A stretch of 64,000 bases of DNA, from positions 463,672 to 527,671 of the forward strand of contig CAYNQD010000001.1 of the NCBI GenBank assembly GCA_964399295.1, written 5' to 3'. Within the stretch, counting starts at the first letter, position 1; the number at the start of each line of letters is the position of its first letter. A program made the position numbers and the translations under genes. This stretch comes from an uncultured Candidatus Saccharibacteria bacterium. GTDB lineage: Bacteria > Patescibacteriota > Minisyncoccia > Phycocordibacterales > UBA918. This document shows positions 17,705-28,457 of the stretch, piece by piece. The notes under the pieces are model-generated. The model was given only the letters and a program-made list of their open reading frames with translations, did not search any database and was not told the DNA's origin.

Positions 17705-18109
17705 ATGAGTGAAGAAAAAGAGATGTTCGTGAATATCCTGTATCCAGAAGAAGCAATCACAGAAACAGATGAATTTATTGATTTCTGCCGCAAGGATACA
17801 CATATCCACTTCTTGACCCTGGCATACAGTCTGGAATGTTCTAGTTTTGTCAGTTCAATGATAAAACGTTGTCGAAATTCTGAAATTGAACTGGCACTAC
17901 AGATTCGATACATCTACTGGGAAGACCTCTACTGGTACTTTATCAGTGTACCAATGGAGGAAAAAGACAAAATGTTGGCACTGATAGAAACACATAAACT
18001 AGTAGCCAAAAAATCCGGAAAAATGTATTTTGGCGGACAAGGTTATAATTTTCCTGAGTTCAGTGAAAATATGTTTATTATTTCTGTCAATCACTCTCGC
18101 TCCGACTAG
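17705..18109 (+). CDS. hypothetical protein (134 aa)
   Basis: Longest, most protein-like ORF of an overlapping pair; no motif. Confidence 0.35.
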   Translation: MSEEKEMFVNILYPEEAITETDEFIDFCRKDTHIHFLTLAYSLECSSFVSSMIKRCRNSEIELALQIRYIYWEDLYWYFISVPMEEKDKMLALIETHKLVAKKSGKMYFGGQGYNFPEFSENMFIISVNHSRSD

Positions 18110-18164
18110 CGCGGAGTTTGTGGCAACACAAAAGCCATCTTATGATGGCTTTTGATTTTTTATT

Positions 18165-20864
18165 TTAAGCAGTTACCGGTAATTTGGTTTTACTGGTGCG
18201 TTTTGGGGAATAATCGTTATTTCTTCCTCTCTTTTTTACCTCAAAACTAAGCTCGCCTTTTTTCATAGTTACTCGTACCGAACCGCGTTGCAACATCCCC
18301 TCTCCCACCATCATGTTGGCTACCGGGGTGAGGATTTTGCTTTGGATTAGACGCTTGAGCGGCCGCGCACCAAACTTTGGATCATAACCTTCTTTAGCCA
18401 AGTAATCCAAAACCTCATCCGACATGGTAAGAATAATTTCTTTCTTCTCCAGCCGTCTTTGTACGTCATCAATCTGGATATTAACAATGCTGCGCAAAGT
18501 CTCAGGCGAGAGAATGTCAAATGTAATAATTTCATCAAGACGATTCAGAAACTCCGGACGGAAGTAAAGCTTCAGACTTTCTATTACTTTATCCTTAGCC
18601 TGAATATACTGCGCCACTTCACCCTTATCAATAGCAAAACCGAAATTGGACATTTTGTCGATATGTTCCGCACCGATATTGGAAGTCATGATAATGACCG
18701 TGTTGCGGAAATTGACTTTACGTCCTTTGGCGTCTGTCAGGTGGCCGGAATCAAGCACTTGCAGGAGAATGTTGAAAACCTCTTTGTGCGCCTTTTCGAC
18801 TTCATCAAGCAATATTACTGAATACGGTCGGTGTCGCACGCGCTCAGTAATCGAACCACCCTCCTCGTGTCCCACATACCCAGGCGGCGAACCGATAATC
18901 TTAGAAACCGAATGTCTCTCCATAAACTCCGACATGTCGATACGCAAAAGCGCGTCCGGATCATTAAACATAAATTCCGCTACCGCTCGCGACAACTCAG
19001 TCTTACCAACACCAGTCGGCCCAAGAAATAGAAACGATCCGATAGGACGATTGGGATCAGCAATACCAGCCCGTGAACGCTTGATAGCATCAGCCACCAG
19101 CTTGATAGCGTGGTCTTGCCCCACCACCTTGGTGCGCAAGACTTCTTCCATCCGCGCCAGTTTCTTGGCCTCAGCTTCAAGCATTCTCGATACCGGTATA
19201 CCAGTCCAACGCGACACCACACCGGCAATATCTTCCTCCGTCACTTCTTCTTTCAAAAGACGGCGACTGCGTTGCAGTTTCTTTAGTCGCTTCATTCTTT
19301 CATCCAAACTACGCTGCACGGACGGAATGGAATCATAACGAATCTCCGCTGCTTTAGCCAAGTCAGCCATAGCTTCCGCTGTTTCAGCCTCAACCCGCAA
19401 TTCTTCCATTTCTTTCTTGAGCTTACTGATCTCACCCAAAGCGGTTTTTTCATTATTCCATTTTGTTTCCAGAGCGGAAGTGGTTTCTTTTAATTCACCG
19501 ATATCCTGTTCAATCTCCTTAATCCGGTCTTTGATTTTTTTCTTATTCTCTGAAACTTCCACTTCCTTTTTCAAAGCTTCCCGCTCAATCTCCAGTCTCC
19601 TGACCTTTCTATCAGCCAACACTAGTTCCTCCGGCTTATTTTCAAGAGAAATCCTAAGTGCCGAAGCCGCTTCGTCAATCAAATCCACTGCCTTGTCTGG
19701 CAAAAAACGATCAGTGATATAACGAGAAGATAAATCCACTGCGGAAACAATCGCATCATCGGTAATTCGCACGCCGTGGAAAAGCTCGTACTTTTCCGAC
19801 AAGCCGCGCAAAATAGCCACCGCGTCTTCCGGTGAAGGCTCATTGACAAACACCGGCTGAAAACGACGAGTTAGAGCTGGGTCTTTTTCAATGTGTTTTT
19901 GGTATTCTTTAAGCGTGGTCGCTCCTATCACTCTAATTTCCCCGCGCGCCAAAGCTGGCTTCAGCATGTTGGAAGCATCCATCGAGCCTTCCGCTTGTCC
20001 AGCTCCGACAATAGTGTGAAGTTCATCAATAAAAAGAATAATCGCGCCGCCGGAACCTTCCACTTCTTTCATGACGGCTTTTAGTCTTTCTTCAAATTCT
20101 CCGCGGAATTTTGTTCCCGCCACCAAAAGGCCCAAATCCAATGATAAAATTTCCTTTTCCTTAACCGACTCCGGCACATAACCAAGAACGATCTGCTGAG
20201 CCAAGCCTTCGGCAATAGCTGTCTTTCCCACGCCGGCTTCTCCAATCAAAACCGGATTATTTTTGGTGCGACGTGACAAAATCTGGATAACTCGCTGAAT
20301 TTCAATATCACGCCCAATCACCGGATCGAGCTTGTTTTCCTGCGCCAACTTGGTTAGATTCCTCGTGTACTTGGTCAAAGCTCGATATTTTTTTGGAGTC
20401 TGCGCGTCAGTGATGTTGTGTTCGCGAATTTCTTTTATGGTACGCAAAACTTTTTCCTTATCAATTCCCGCTCGACGTAGAAGCTCGGTCGTTGGCCCCG
20501 GATATTCCAAGATTGAAATAAATAAGTGCTCAACACCAATATACGAATCGCCCATTTGCTCAGAAATACGCATTGTGTATTCCAGAGCCTTGGCTAATTC
20601 TGGGGTCAGATATAGCTGGTATGAAGGCGAAATAGTGGTCTGCATATCTGCCACCTCTATCGCTTCAAGCAACATGTCGGTAAAAGCAATGACGTCAACG
20701 TCCAACCTGTCCAAAATCGAGATGACCATACTCTCATCCTGCATGGATAAAGCCGTCAATAAATGAACCGGACTAACGTGATTTTGTCCACGCTCTATAG
20801 CCAGCTCGTGGGCTTTGCGAATGGCTTCTTTAGCTTTTGATGTAAAATTTTGAAAATTAGGCAT
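18165..20864 (-). CDS. clpB: ATP-dependent chaperone ClpB (two AAA+ modules with coiled-coil middle domain)
   Basis: Clp N-domain start, two Walker A sites ([15 protein letters not shown]; [15 protein letters not shown]), long coiled-coil insert, 899 aa. Confidence 0.9.
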   Translation of the reverse strand: MPNFQNFTSKAKEAIRKAHELAIERGQNHVSPVHLLTALSMQDESMVISILDRLDVDVIAFTDMLLEAIEVADMQTTISPSYQLYLTPELAKALEYTMRISEQMGDSYIGVEHLFISILEYPGPTTELLRRAGIDKEKVLRTIKEIREHNITDAQTPKKYRALTKYTRNLTKLAQENKLDPVIGRDIEIQRVIQILSRRTKNNPVLIGEAGVGKTAIAEGLAQQIVLGYVPESVKEKEILSLDLGLLVAGTKFRGEFEERLKAVMKEVEGSGGAIILFIDELHTIVGAGQAEGSMDASNMLKPALARGEIRVIGATTLKEYQKHIEKDPALTRRFQPVFVNEPSPEDAVAILRGLSEKYELFHGVRITDDAIVSAVDLSSRYITDRFLPDKAVDLIDEAASALRISLENKPEELVLADRKVRRLEIEREALKKEVEVSENKKKIKDRIKEIEQDIGELKETTSALETKWNNEKTALGEISKLKKEMEELRVEAETAEAMADLAKAAEIRYDSIPSVQRSLDERMKRLKKLQRSRRLLKEEVTEEDIAGVVSRWTGIPVSRMLEAEAKKLARMEEVLRTKVVGQDHAIKLVADAIKRSRAGIADPNRPIGSFLFLGPTGVGKTELSRAVAEFMFNDPDALLRIDMSEFMERHSVSKIIGSPPGYVGHEEGGSITERVRHRPYSVILLDEVEKAHKEVFNILLQVLDSGHLTDAKGRKVNFRNTVIIMTSNIGAEHIDKMSNFGFAIDKGEVAQYIQAKDKVIESLKLYFRPEFLNRLDEIITFDILSPETLRSIVNIQIDDVQRRLEKKEIILTMSDEVLDYLAKEGYDPKFGARPLKRLIQSKILTPVANMMVGEGMLQRGSVRVTMKKGELSFEVKKRGRNNDYSPKRTSKTKLPVTA

Positions 20865-20997
20865 AGTTCAAGTTAATTATACGATACCCGGACGGAAGTC
20901 AGAAATAGCCGTGTGTTTAACCCTCAGGAACAGTCTATATTTGGGTACCGTTTTACTATATTGCAATTAAAAAAGGTCTGAGTCAAGCACGCCGCTT

Positions 20998-21573
20998 TTA
21001 CTCCGACTGGGAGACAATTCCTCCGATCTTAATATTATGATTATCTACAAAGCCGGCGACGGTCTCTATTACATATCTAGCTGGGGCCTTTGGCTCAAAT
21101 GCTTCGGGAAAACTTTCGGGTGTGGCGTGTTTTTTTATATCAACAATTTTATAATCATCATCCACCCAAATAATGTCGATTGCGTAATTCATATCTTTCA
21201 TCCAAATTGAATGAAAATCAACAGAATCAAACACGAAAAGTTTGACCACATTCTCAGGCAGATAAGGAGTGTCAGACAGACCCTGAATCCGCTCCGGCCA
21301 AGTCTTGGCTACAGAGGCCAATACCGAGACTTCCTCAATTTGCAGTGGCTTGGTATTGGGGTAAATTATTCTCCAATGATCTTCAGCGGCTTCAACTCCA
21401 CCTGGTGAAATTTCTGTACCTTTATTATCACCAATAATTTGCTTGTTTGCCTGGCCGATGGCAATCTCTTCCATTCTTTCATTATGCAAGTTGGTCGAGT
21501 AAAGGAAAAGACCTCCCATCACCACCAAAACCCCAAGCAAAGCGTAAGTCGGCCAATAATTAACTTTCGACAT
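20998..21573 (-). CDS. DUF192 family protein (signal-anchored)
   Basis: Conserved DUF192 region (FHSIWMKDMNYAIDIIWVDDDYKIV). Confidence 0.55.
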   Translation of the reverse strand: MSKVNYWPTYALLGVLVVMGGLFLYSTNLHNERMEEIAIGQANKQIIGDNKGTEISPGGVEAAEDHWRIIYPNTKPLQIEEVSVLASVAKTWPERIQGLSDTPYLPENVVKLFVFDSVDFHSIWMKDMNYAIDIIWVDDDYKIVDIKKHATPESFPEAFEPKAPARYVIETVAGFVDNHNIKIGGIVSQSE

Positions 21574-21615
21574 ATTTCACCCAGAAGTATACCAAATTTG
21601 AGACGGATAGTTAAT

Positions 21616-22398
21616 CTAATCTTCATAATGATACTCAGCCTCGCCATGAGTATGAGACTCACTTAGCTCAGCAGCGATAGTTCCCATCAAGACAGCTCCC
21701 ACGAGAACCAACAGCAGGTGTTTTAGGAATTGGGTTGAATTTTCCTGATGTGAATGTTTTGGCAACAAATCATGTATCACAACGTGGGCAAAGAAACCAG
21801 AACTTAAAGCTAGCAGTAAAATTTCCAGGTCGTGCGAAACCAAAACCAAGTATCCCAAAGCCACACCAATCAAGATTGTACTGGAAACGGAAAAATTAAC
21901 GATTAGAGCCTTCTTGATGGAATAGCCGGCTTGCCTCAGCACAAAAAATTCCGACACTTCCTGCAAAGCTTCATGAATAATAATTGAAACCGTAGCCGCC
22001 AAACCCAGAGCCGGCGCGGCAGTGAAAGCCGTCACGATAATAACACCGTCGGCAATATTGTGAATGGAATCTCCGATTATCAATTTGCGGGCTGTTTTGT
22101 GAGGTAACGAACACTTGGCGTCGTGGTGGTGATGAGTTTCGGGTAGAAGAAAATGCAGACCCCAGGCCAGAAAATAACCGGCCACGATTAAAAATACCCC
22201 TGTCCAGATGGAAGAAACCAATTCAAATACCTCCAATCCCAAAGCTCCAGCCGTAACCAGAAAAACTCCAGCCGAAAACGACACCAGAAACGATAGTTTA
22301 TTTTCCAAAAAACCACGCGCGATTTTTTGCACAAAAATCACTCCCGTTAAAGATACCAGCATCACCGCCAAAGCGGCCATCAAGACTTCAAATAACAT
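21616..22398 (-). CDS. ZIP family metal (zinc) transporter, ZupT-like
   Basis: ZIP signatures (HNIADGVIIVTAF; HEALQEVSEF) and a His-rich loop (ETHHHHDAKC). Confidence 0.8.
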   Translation of the reverse strand: MLFEVLMAALAVMLVSLTGVIFVQKIARGFLENKLSFLVSFSAGVFLVTAGALGLEVFELVSSIWTGVFLIVAGYFLAWGLHFLLPETHHHHDAKCSLPHKTARKLIIGDSIHNIADGVIIVTAFTAAPALGLAATVSIIIHEALQEVSEFFVLRQAGYSIKKALIVNFSVSSTILIGVALGYLVLVSHDLEILLLALSSGFFAHVVIHDLLPKHSHQENSTQFLKHLLLVLVGAVLMGTIAAELSESHTHGEAEYHYED

Positions 22399-22415
22399 AC
22401 AAAAATTAAATACTT

Positions 22416-22435
22416 AAATGCAAATAATTTGCATT
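22416..22435. promoter_or_regulatory. palindromic operator box 1 (aaatgcaaat-a-atttgcatt); candidate Zur/Fur-family binding site
   Basis: 19/21-bp inverted repeat in the divergent intergenic region between the ZIP transporter and the Fur-family regulator. Confidence 0.5.
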
Positions 22436-22452
22436 GTAGCAACTTTGCTGAA

Positions 22453-22473
22453 AAATGCAAATAATTTGCATTT
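22453..22473. promoter_or_regulatory. palindromic operator box 2 (perfect 21-bp palindrome aaatgcaaataatttgcattt)
   Basis: Second copy 37 bp downstream of box 1, same intergenic region. Confidence 0.5.
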
Positions 22474-22502
22474 ATGAAATATTTATTACATAATAGCCAA
22501 GT

Positions 22503-22871
22503 ATGCGTCTAACAAAACATCGGCAAGAGATTCTAAATAAACTGGAGAAAAGTTCAAAAGCTCTGTCGGCTCAATCTCTACACTCATCCTTGCCCCACAT
22601 AAATCTGGTAACGATTTATCGCAATCTTGAAAGTTTTGTTAAAGCCGGAATGATAAAAAAACTCCATCTGAATAACCAAGAAGCTTATTATGAAAAACAA
22701 AAAACTCCCCATCACCACGCCGTCTGCAATGATTGCGAAAGAGTAATCCATTTTATCGTTAAAGACAAAGAAATTATACGAAAATTAGACTTTTCTGATT
22801 TTGTGGTTAGTGATTTGGAGATAACCGTTAGAGGAACCTGCAAAAATAAGCATCAAAAAAGCAGGAGGTAA
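22503..22871 (+). CDS. Fur family transcriptional regulator (probably zinc-responsive Zur)
   Basis: Fur DNA-recognition helix (VTIYRNLE) and metal site HHHAVCNDC; divergent from the ZIP transporter. Confidence 0.75.
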   Translation: MRLTKHRQEILNKLEKSSKALSAQSLHSSLPHINLVTIYRNLESFVKAGMIKKLHLNNQEAYYEKQKTPHHHAVCNDCERVIHFIVKDKEIIRKLDFSDFVVSDLEITVRGTCKNKHQKSRR

Positions 22872-22875
22872 GAAT

Positions 22876-22935
22876 CACAAAAGGAGCGCGGCAAAAAAGG
22901 CCTTAAAAGGCCTTTTTTGCCGCGCTCCTTTTGTG
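22876..22935. terminator. 28-bp perfect inverted repeat (cacaaaaggagcgcggcaaaaaaggcctt / aaggccttttttgccgcgctccttttgtg); bidirectional terminator between convergent genes
   Basis: Read directly; lies between the stop codons at 22871 (+) and 22944 (-). Confidence 0.7.
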
Positions 22936-22943
22936 ATTCAAAC

Positions 22944-23762
22944 CTAAATCAAAATTTCAATCTCAGCTTGTTCGCGCAAATCTTTGATATAGATACCAAT
23001 TTTTTGCTGTTCCTTTTCATACCTGATTTGTTGCACCACTTGCTCACGAACATCTTCCAGCGGAGGCACTCCAGCCTCCACACCGCCAGTCTGAGCGTAA
23101 AAGACATTTACTTCATCTTCGGTGACTTCAATCTCATCAACGCCAATCACTAATTTTTGAATTAGGATTCCATTTTCAATATCACGACGCAAACTTTTTT
23201 CTGTAACACCAAACTCAGCCATCGTAACGACCAAGGCTTCTTCTCCTCCAACTTCATCCTTGATTTCGTTAATCTTAGCGTCCACATCTTCTTTAGACGC
23301 GTCCACACCCTTTTCCAACGCCGCTTGACGCAACAACTCAGTGTTGATTAGGGTTTCCAGAGCTTGCTCACGAAAACTCGCCAAGGCTTGCTCACTGGAA
23401 TAATCGGCGCCTTGGAGTCTGGATATTTTAGCAAACTGCTCAACCTCGCTATTAAACTCGCTCTTGGCAATCATTTCACCATTTACCTTGGCGACCGGAG
23501 TCTTTGTGTTCATATTTTCAATGACACTGGAGAACAAACCGGTATTGATACGTCCGTCACGCTCAAGCACGAAAATCAATCCCAAACTAATCACAATCAC
23601 CAATATAATGGTTACGATCAAAGTCCCTTTGCCTTTTGTTTTTTGGGCAGAAGGCCTGTCTCTTTTATTTTCCGCGTTTTCCACGGAAGAAGATTCCGTG
23701 TCCTCTACTCTTTTTTCCTCAACCGACACCGTCGTGTCATCTTCTCTATTTTTATCTTCCAT
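22944..23762 (-). CDS. membrane-anchored SurA N-terminal-domain-like periplasmic chaperone (PpiD/SurA_N-like)
   Basis: Acidic N-terminus, single TM, then a SurA_N-like helical domain (PVAKVNGEMIAKSEFNSEVEQF). Confidence 0.45.
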   Translation of the reverse strand: MEDKNREDDTTVSVEEKRVEDTESSSVENAENKRDRPSAQKTKGKGTLIVTIILVIVISLGLIFVLERDGRINTGLFSSVIENMNTKTPVAKVNGEMIAKSEFNSEVEQFAKISRLQGADYSSEQALASFREQALETLINTELLRQAALEKGVDASKEDVDAKINEIKDEVGGEEALVVTMAEFGVTEKSLRRDIENGILIQKLVIGVDEIEVTEDEVNVFYAQTGGVEAGVPPLEDVREQVVQQIRYEKEQQKIGIYIKDLREQAEIEILI

Positions 23763-23833
23763 AAAAAAATTAAAATTAACAAACGTCTATCACCGTCTAA
23801 TGAGTGAACGTTGGCAACATACTATCATATTTT

Positions 23834-24595
23834 TTAATTTTTAAGGAGAGAGCCGGGGTGTTTCGCGCTCCAGGCAGCCAAGACTACGGCGGTCGCGGCG
23901 GCGGCATTGAGAGATTCGCAACGATCGTGAATGGGAACGGATAGCAAATCATCGCATAATTCCTTGGTTTTTTGCCTTAATCCGGAACCTTCATTGCCTA
24001 AAATAAACACGCTTGGTTTCCCAAAATCCTCCTTCGTCGTAACTGTCGTCCCTTTACCCTCCAAGCCATAGACCCAAAAGCCGCGCTTTTGCAGATCACG
24101 AGCCACGCTATTTACATTACTAATGGCAACAATCGGGATTCGGAAAGCCATTCCCGCTGATACTTTTATGACCGTTCCGGTCACGGGCGCTTGATTGTGA
24201 GGAGGGATCAAAACTCCGGCCAAACCAAAAGCGGCGGCCGAGCGAATAACTGCCCCGACATTGTGCGGGTCTTGAACCTCTCCCAGTATCAGCAACGCCG
24301 TATCAGAATCCACTTGCAGCTTATTGATAAAATCCTTATACGGAACCATCAGTTTCTCCGGCAAAATTCCAGCCACGATTCCTTGATGACTGGCTTTAGC
24401 GGAAACCCCGCGCGGTGGGTTTTTTGGATTCAGCAGCTTCACGACAATGCCGGTATTTTTTATTTGCTGCAAAAGCTTGGCCTCCGAAAAATCTTCGGCA
24501 ATAAATATTTGCTTGACGATATCAGGACGCTTCCCCAAGGCTTCCGCCACGGCGTGTTTGCCAAAGATATATTCATATTCAATCTTCATGCTCAC
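23834..24595 (-). CDS. rlmB: SpoU/TrmH family RNA 2-prime-O-methyltransferase (RlmB-like)
   Basis: SPOUT motifs (LILGEVQDPHNVGAVIRSAAAFG; ILGNEGSGL). Confidence 0.75.
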   Translation of the reverse strand: MSMKIEYEYIFGKHAVAEALGKRPDIVKQIFIAEDFSEAKLLQQIKNTGIVVKLLNPKNPPRGVSAKASHQGIVAGILPEKLMVPYKDFINKLQVDSDTALLILGEVQDPHNVGAVIRSAAAFGLAGVLIPPHNQAPVTGTVIKVSAGMAFRIPIVAISNVNSVARDLQKRGFWVYGLEGKGTTVTTKEDFGKPSVFILGNEGSGLRQKTKELCDDLLSVPIHDRCESLNAAAATAVVLAAWSAKHPGSLLKN

Positions 24596-24723
24596 ATCCT
24601 AGCATGTTTTTTTAACTTAGCTAATGTCACAAGATATTGTCTTTTAAATACGCATATTCCTTTATCATTAACTCAATGTATCACAAAAATATATTATTTC
24701 CCTAAAATATTTTTGAAAACCGT

Positions 24724-25236
24724 TTAAAAGCTCAAATATTCTTCCAAAAAACTTATCTCTCGTCGTAGTATAAAATGCCCTTCAAACTTACCCGGAACAT
24801 CCGTCTTCATTTTTTCCAACACCACAGCCGGTGGCAACCAGAGTGTTTCTTGCCCTTCCTCTACTTCTCCTTTCTCCAGCTTAGGCAAACCAATCTCACC
24901 ACGGACATCAGCGATATAACAATACGACAAATGCATAAGCTGGTATTTGTTTCTATATTCAATAACCAAACCCACCGGCCGCACAATCTCACATTCACAA
25001 CCTACTTCTTCCCTGACTTCGCGCTTCAAAGCTTCTTCTGTAGACTCGCCACTTTCCACACCACCACCGGGTAGCTTGTGAAAAGTGTAGGTATTCAGAT
25101 ACTGAGTAGCCATATTGCCTTCAGCATTGAGCAAGATGGCTCTGGCACTTTTACGCAACCTATAGGTTTCTTCCAACTGCTCATACTCATTACTCAAACC
25201 AAGCGAGCCTTCACTAATTTCAGCTAAAAGTTTCAC
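24724..25236 (-). CDS. NUDIX hydrolase
   Basis: Nudix box GGGVESGESTEEALKREVREEVG. Confidence 0.75.
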   Translation of the reverse strand: MKLLAEISEGSLGLSNEYEQLEETYRLRKSARAILLNAEGNMATQYLNTYTFHKLPGGGVESGESTEEALKREVREEVGCECEIVRPVGLVIEYRNKYQLMHLSYCYIADVRGEIGLPKLEKGEVEEGQETLWLPPAVVLEKMKTDVPGKFEGHFILRREISFLEEYLSF

Positions 25237-25297
25237 GCTTGTAGTTTAGCAATTAAAAATAAAATATCAAAATTTTTCATTAAGGCACAACTGCAAA

Positions 25298-25894
25298 TTA
25301 AATCTTATACAGAAAACGACACAAAGCCATTCCCGCCACTCCGCCCAAGACAGGGCCAACCAGATACATAAAATTGAATGATCCAATCACAAACGCCACC
25401 GCCGGATTTAAAACTCCATTGGCACCAAGCAATGCCGACAGAGCAATACCCAGAAGCAAAGCGCCACCAATGACCACGCCGGATAATTGTGATGAGACTT
25501 TGCCAAATACCACGGATGCAATCCCGAAAGTCAAAATAAAAGTTCCCAAAAATTCCGCTGCTCCCGTCAAGGCTCCGGCACCGGCCGACACCACCGGCGC
25601 AACGGTCAAAGCTTGCAAAGTAGCCAACGCCACCACCGCACCCATCACCTGAGCAGTGATGTATTTGAAAGCTTCATTTGATTCGATTTTTCCAATAGCC
25701 CAAGCACCTACGGTCACGGCCGGATTTAAATGCGCGCCGGAAATTTGTCCGATTGAATAAACAAAGAAGCCCACAGTCAAAGCCGCCAATACCGCTGTTG
25801 ATAATGGAAAAGCTCCAACTCCGCCCGATAAAGACAGTCCGACCACCAAGGCAAGAACACCAGTACCCAAAGCTTCTGCTAAATATTTTTTCAT
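25298..25894 (-). CDS. MIP family channel (aquaporin/glycerol facilitator)
   Basis: Two NPA motifs (HLNPAVTVG; NPAVAFV), six TM helices. Confidence 0.8.
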   Translation of the reverse strand: MKKYLAEALGTGVLALVVGLSLSGGVGAFPLSTAVLAALTVGFFVYSIGQISGAHLNPAVTVGAWAIGKIESNEAFKYITAQVMGAVVALATLQALTVAPVVSAGAGALTGAAEFLGTFILTFGIASVVFGKVSSQLSGVVIGGALLLGIALSALLGANGVLNPAVAFVIGSFNFMYLVGPVLGGVAGMALCRFLYKI

Positions 25895-25923
25895 AATTGT
25901 TAATTGTAATTAATTTATTAAAA

Positions 25924-26514
25924 TTATTTTCTCTCGCGACCAAAGCGCAAAGTCAAAGCCCACCACACCAGCTGGCTAATCATACCTTCGGCTGGCTTTT
26001 GCAAACCAGCAAACATCGGCTCCGCCGGTGCTTGACCAAACAAAACCGGAAAATATTGCTCTCCAGGAATATGCACTGCGTTGCGAATTGGCGCCATTTG
26101 TAATTCCACCGCTATCAGCCGCAAATGCTCCACCGCCCGCGCACCGCCGACAGAACCATAACTCACAAAAGCCACCGGCTTATTATTCCATTCTTGGTAT
26201 ACCCAATCCAAAGCATTTTTTAGCACACCGGAAGTACTGTGATTGTATTCGGGAGTAACCAAAATAAAAGCGTCGCCTTCAGCAATCTTTTGCGTAAAAC
26301 GCGCTACGGATTTATCGGCATAGGGCTCAGTTTTCATGGACGGACTAATCGCTTCATTGAAAAATGGCAGTTCGTAATCTATCAAATCCACCAACTCGGC
26401 TTCTACCTGCTCATTCTTTCCCAATTCACTCACCACCCAAGCCGCCGCCTTATCATTAAAACGTCCCGTCCGCACACTGCCAGTAATCACCTTTATTTTT
26501 AATTTATCATTCAT
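25924..26514 (-). CDS. NAD(P)H-dependent FMN reductase (flavodoxin-like fold)
   Basis: KIKVITGSVRTGRFN and NALDW motifs. Confidence 0.7.
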   Translation of the reverse strand: MNDKLKIKVITGSVRTGRFNDKAAAWVVSELGKNEQVEAELVDLIDYELPFFNEAISPSMKTEPYADKSVARFTQKIAEGDAFILVTPEYNHSTSGVLKNALDWVYQEWNNKPVAFVSYGSVGGARAVEHLRLIAVELQMAPIRNAVHIPGEQYFPVLFGQAPAEPMFAGLQKPAEGMISQLVWWALTLRFGRERK

Positions 26515-26541
26515 ATCTTGACCATTTTAACATGTTTGATA

Positions 26542-27117
26542 CTAAACCCGCAGCTCACCACGAAAACCGCGGCCGGCGTAATAAGACTGCGCGCCGTTGT
26601 GATAGACAAAAACTTGCCCATAGCGAAAATCGGCAAATAAAGCGCCACCGAGTTTTCGTACCGTCTGGGGAGTCTTGAGCCAACTGGAGGTTTTGGTGTC
26701 AAAAGTCCCCAACTTTTGCAAAGCTTTGTACTGGGCTTCCGTCAAAATCTCAATGCCCATGGCTGTCGCCAAATCAACCGCGCTGTTTTCCGGCTGGTGT
26801 TTTGGGCGCGCTTCCAAAGCCGCGCGATCATAACACAAACTATGCCGTCCTTTAGGACTCTCCGGCACACAATCAAAAAAGATATACTCGCCAGTCTTTT
26901 TATCAAAACCAACCACATCCGGCTCGCCGGCGGTTTTTTCCATTTCATTTAATGACCATAATTTGACTGGACGAGCTTCCAGCCTAGCCTTTACCCTTTC
27001 CCATTTTATACCCTCGTGACGATGAGGATTTTTCTCAAAACGATTCTGCAAGATTTTTAATATTTCCTCACTCTCCCCTGATAATAAAGATTTTTTGGTT
27101 TTAGTGGTGATATTCAT
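26542..27117 (-). CDS. DUF4256 family protein
   Basis: Strong resemblance to conserved DUF4256 blocks (KWERVKARLEA..LWSLNEME..GEPDVVGFDKKTGEYIFFDC..KGRHSLCYDR..SSWLKTPQTVRKLGGALF). Confidence 0.5.
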   Translation of the reverse strand: MNITTKTKKSLLSGESEEILKILQNRFEKNPHRHEGIKWERVKARLEARPVKLWSLNEMEKTAGEPDVVGFDKKTGEYIFFDCVPESPKGRHSLCYDRAALEARPKHQPENSAVDLATAMGIEILTEAQYKALQKLGTFDTKTSSWLKTPQTVRKLGGALFADFRYGQVFVYHNGAQSYYAGRGFRGELRV

Positions 27118-27176
27118 AATTTCTTGATTATATCACTTCAATATCGTGTCCGAAATTAAATTATGACTTATAACCC

Positions 27177-27503
27177 CTACCGCAACTTCACTGCAGTGCC
27201 ATACACTAGAATTTCCGCGGCGCCATTCATTACTTGTGCATTTGCATAGCGAGTACAGATTATGGCATCCGCCCCCATCGCTTCTGCTTCCGCCAGCATG
27301 CGTTCCGTTGCTTCTTCCCTGGCGGCGGTAATGGCTTTCACGTATCCACGCACTTCTCCACCGACAATGGTCGTGAGGCCAGCCAAAATATGACTGCCGA
27401 TATGACGCGTTTGGATCGTCGCCCCTTTCACCAGACCAAGAGTCTGCGCTATTTCCCTACCAGCAATATGCTCGGTGGTTGTAATGAGAATGTTGGTCTT
27501 CAT
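27177..27503 (-). CDS. YbjQ/UPF0145 family protein
   Basis: MKTNILITTTEHIAGREIAQTLGLVKG start typical of YbjQ. Confidence 0.65.
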   Translation of the reverse strand: MKTNILITTTEHIAGREIAQTLGLVKGATIQTRHIGSHILAGLTTIVGGEVRGYVKAITAAREEATERMLAEAEAMGADAIICTRYANAQVMNGAAEILVYGTAVKLR

Positions 27504-27769
27504 AGAAATATTTTATATCATATTTATAGTAAATACGCTATGAAGGTAATTTATTGTTCTGTATTATTTAAGAGAGACTCAATTGGTATAACGTCAATGC
27601 TTTACCTCTTGATAAAATTCTTGAGAACGAGTCTGCAACACTACCCTGTCTGATTCTGCTATATCCTGATATCCTATAAATCTCTGCTTTAGTACTCGCA
27701 TGCTTGATTTGCATACGGCAATTTTAGCATTTTTGTGGATTTGTGTGATTTTTTTGCTATACTAAAACC

Positions 27770-28204
27770 ATGAACTTAATACACTACTGGCACACGACAC
27801 TTGATATGCCAAAATATGATGAAGCTTGGCATCGGCGTGATTTGGCTGATGAACTGGCAGAGTATCAAGAGGCGAAAGGACTGATTTCTGTCTGGAGCGA
27901 GCTTTCCGATGTGGCCTATACTTACACCAGAAGCCAGTGGTCTGGACACGAAAATATAACCTTCCCGCTTTCCCAATGGCGGCTTTACGTGGGCATTATT
28001 TATATGATTCCCAAGTATACTCTCCGGTGGAATTTCTTTAGAAAACTTGGCCATCAGTTTGACAAAAATTTAAATATAAGAGAAGTGCGTAATTCCAAGA
28101 GAGTATTCAAGTTGGCAGTGATTGCTGAAAAGTATCAGCTAGACCCTCATCAGTTTCAGACCCGAGCAGAAGAAATGCTTAAGCATACTTTTTTGTTAAA
28201 GTAA
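27770..28204 (+). CDS. hypothetical protein (144 aa)
   Basis: ORF only. Confidence 0.35.
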   Translation: MNLIHYWHTTLDMPKYDEAWHRRDLADELAEYQEAKGLISVWSELSDVAYTYTRSQWSGHENITFPLSQWRLYVGIIYMIPKYTLRWNFFRKLGHQFDKNLNIREVRNSKRVFKLAVIAEKYQLDPHQFQTRAEEMLKHTFLLK

Positions 28205-28457
28205 TAATTGACTATTACAGATTCGTCAAATAATAACAAAATACCTAAAGTATTTCTATGTATTCCGGATACAGCTCTTTTACCAACTTCTTCCAGTTTT
28301 CGGTTGTGATAAGTAAAAAAGTTGGTTATTGTTGGTTATTTTTTCACCCAACACACAATTATTGCCTGGACGTATAAACAGGGGTACAATGAGCCAGCGT
28401 AACCTGGGCTTGTCCGCTCATAATTTTAAAATAAACCTACGTAAAAAATAATTTTAT

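Noticed and set aside
18347-20766. Multiple ORFs (60-230 aa) antisense to or nested within clpB
   Set aside because: clpB is intact with all AAA+ motifs; the overlapping ORFs have Ser/Arg-rich biased compositions typical of antisense frames.
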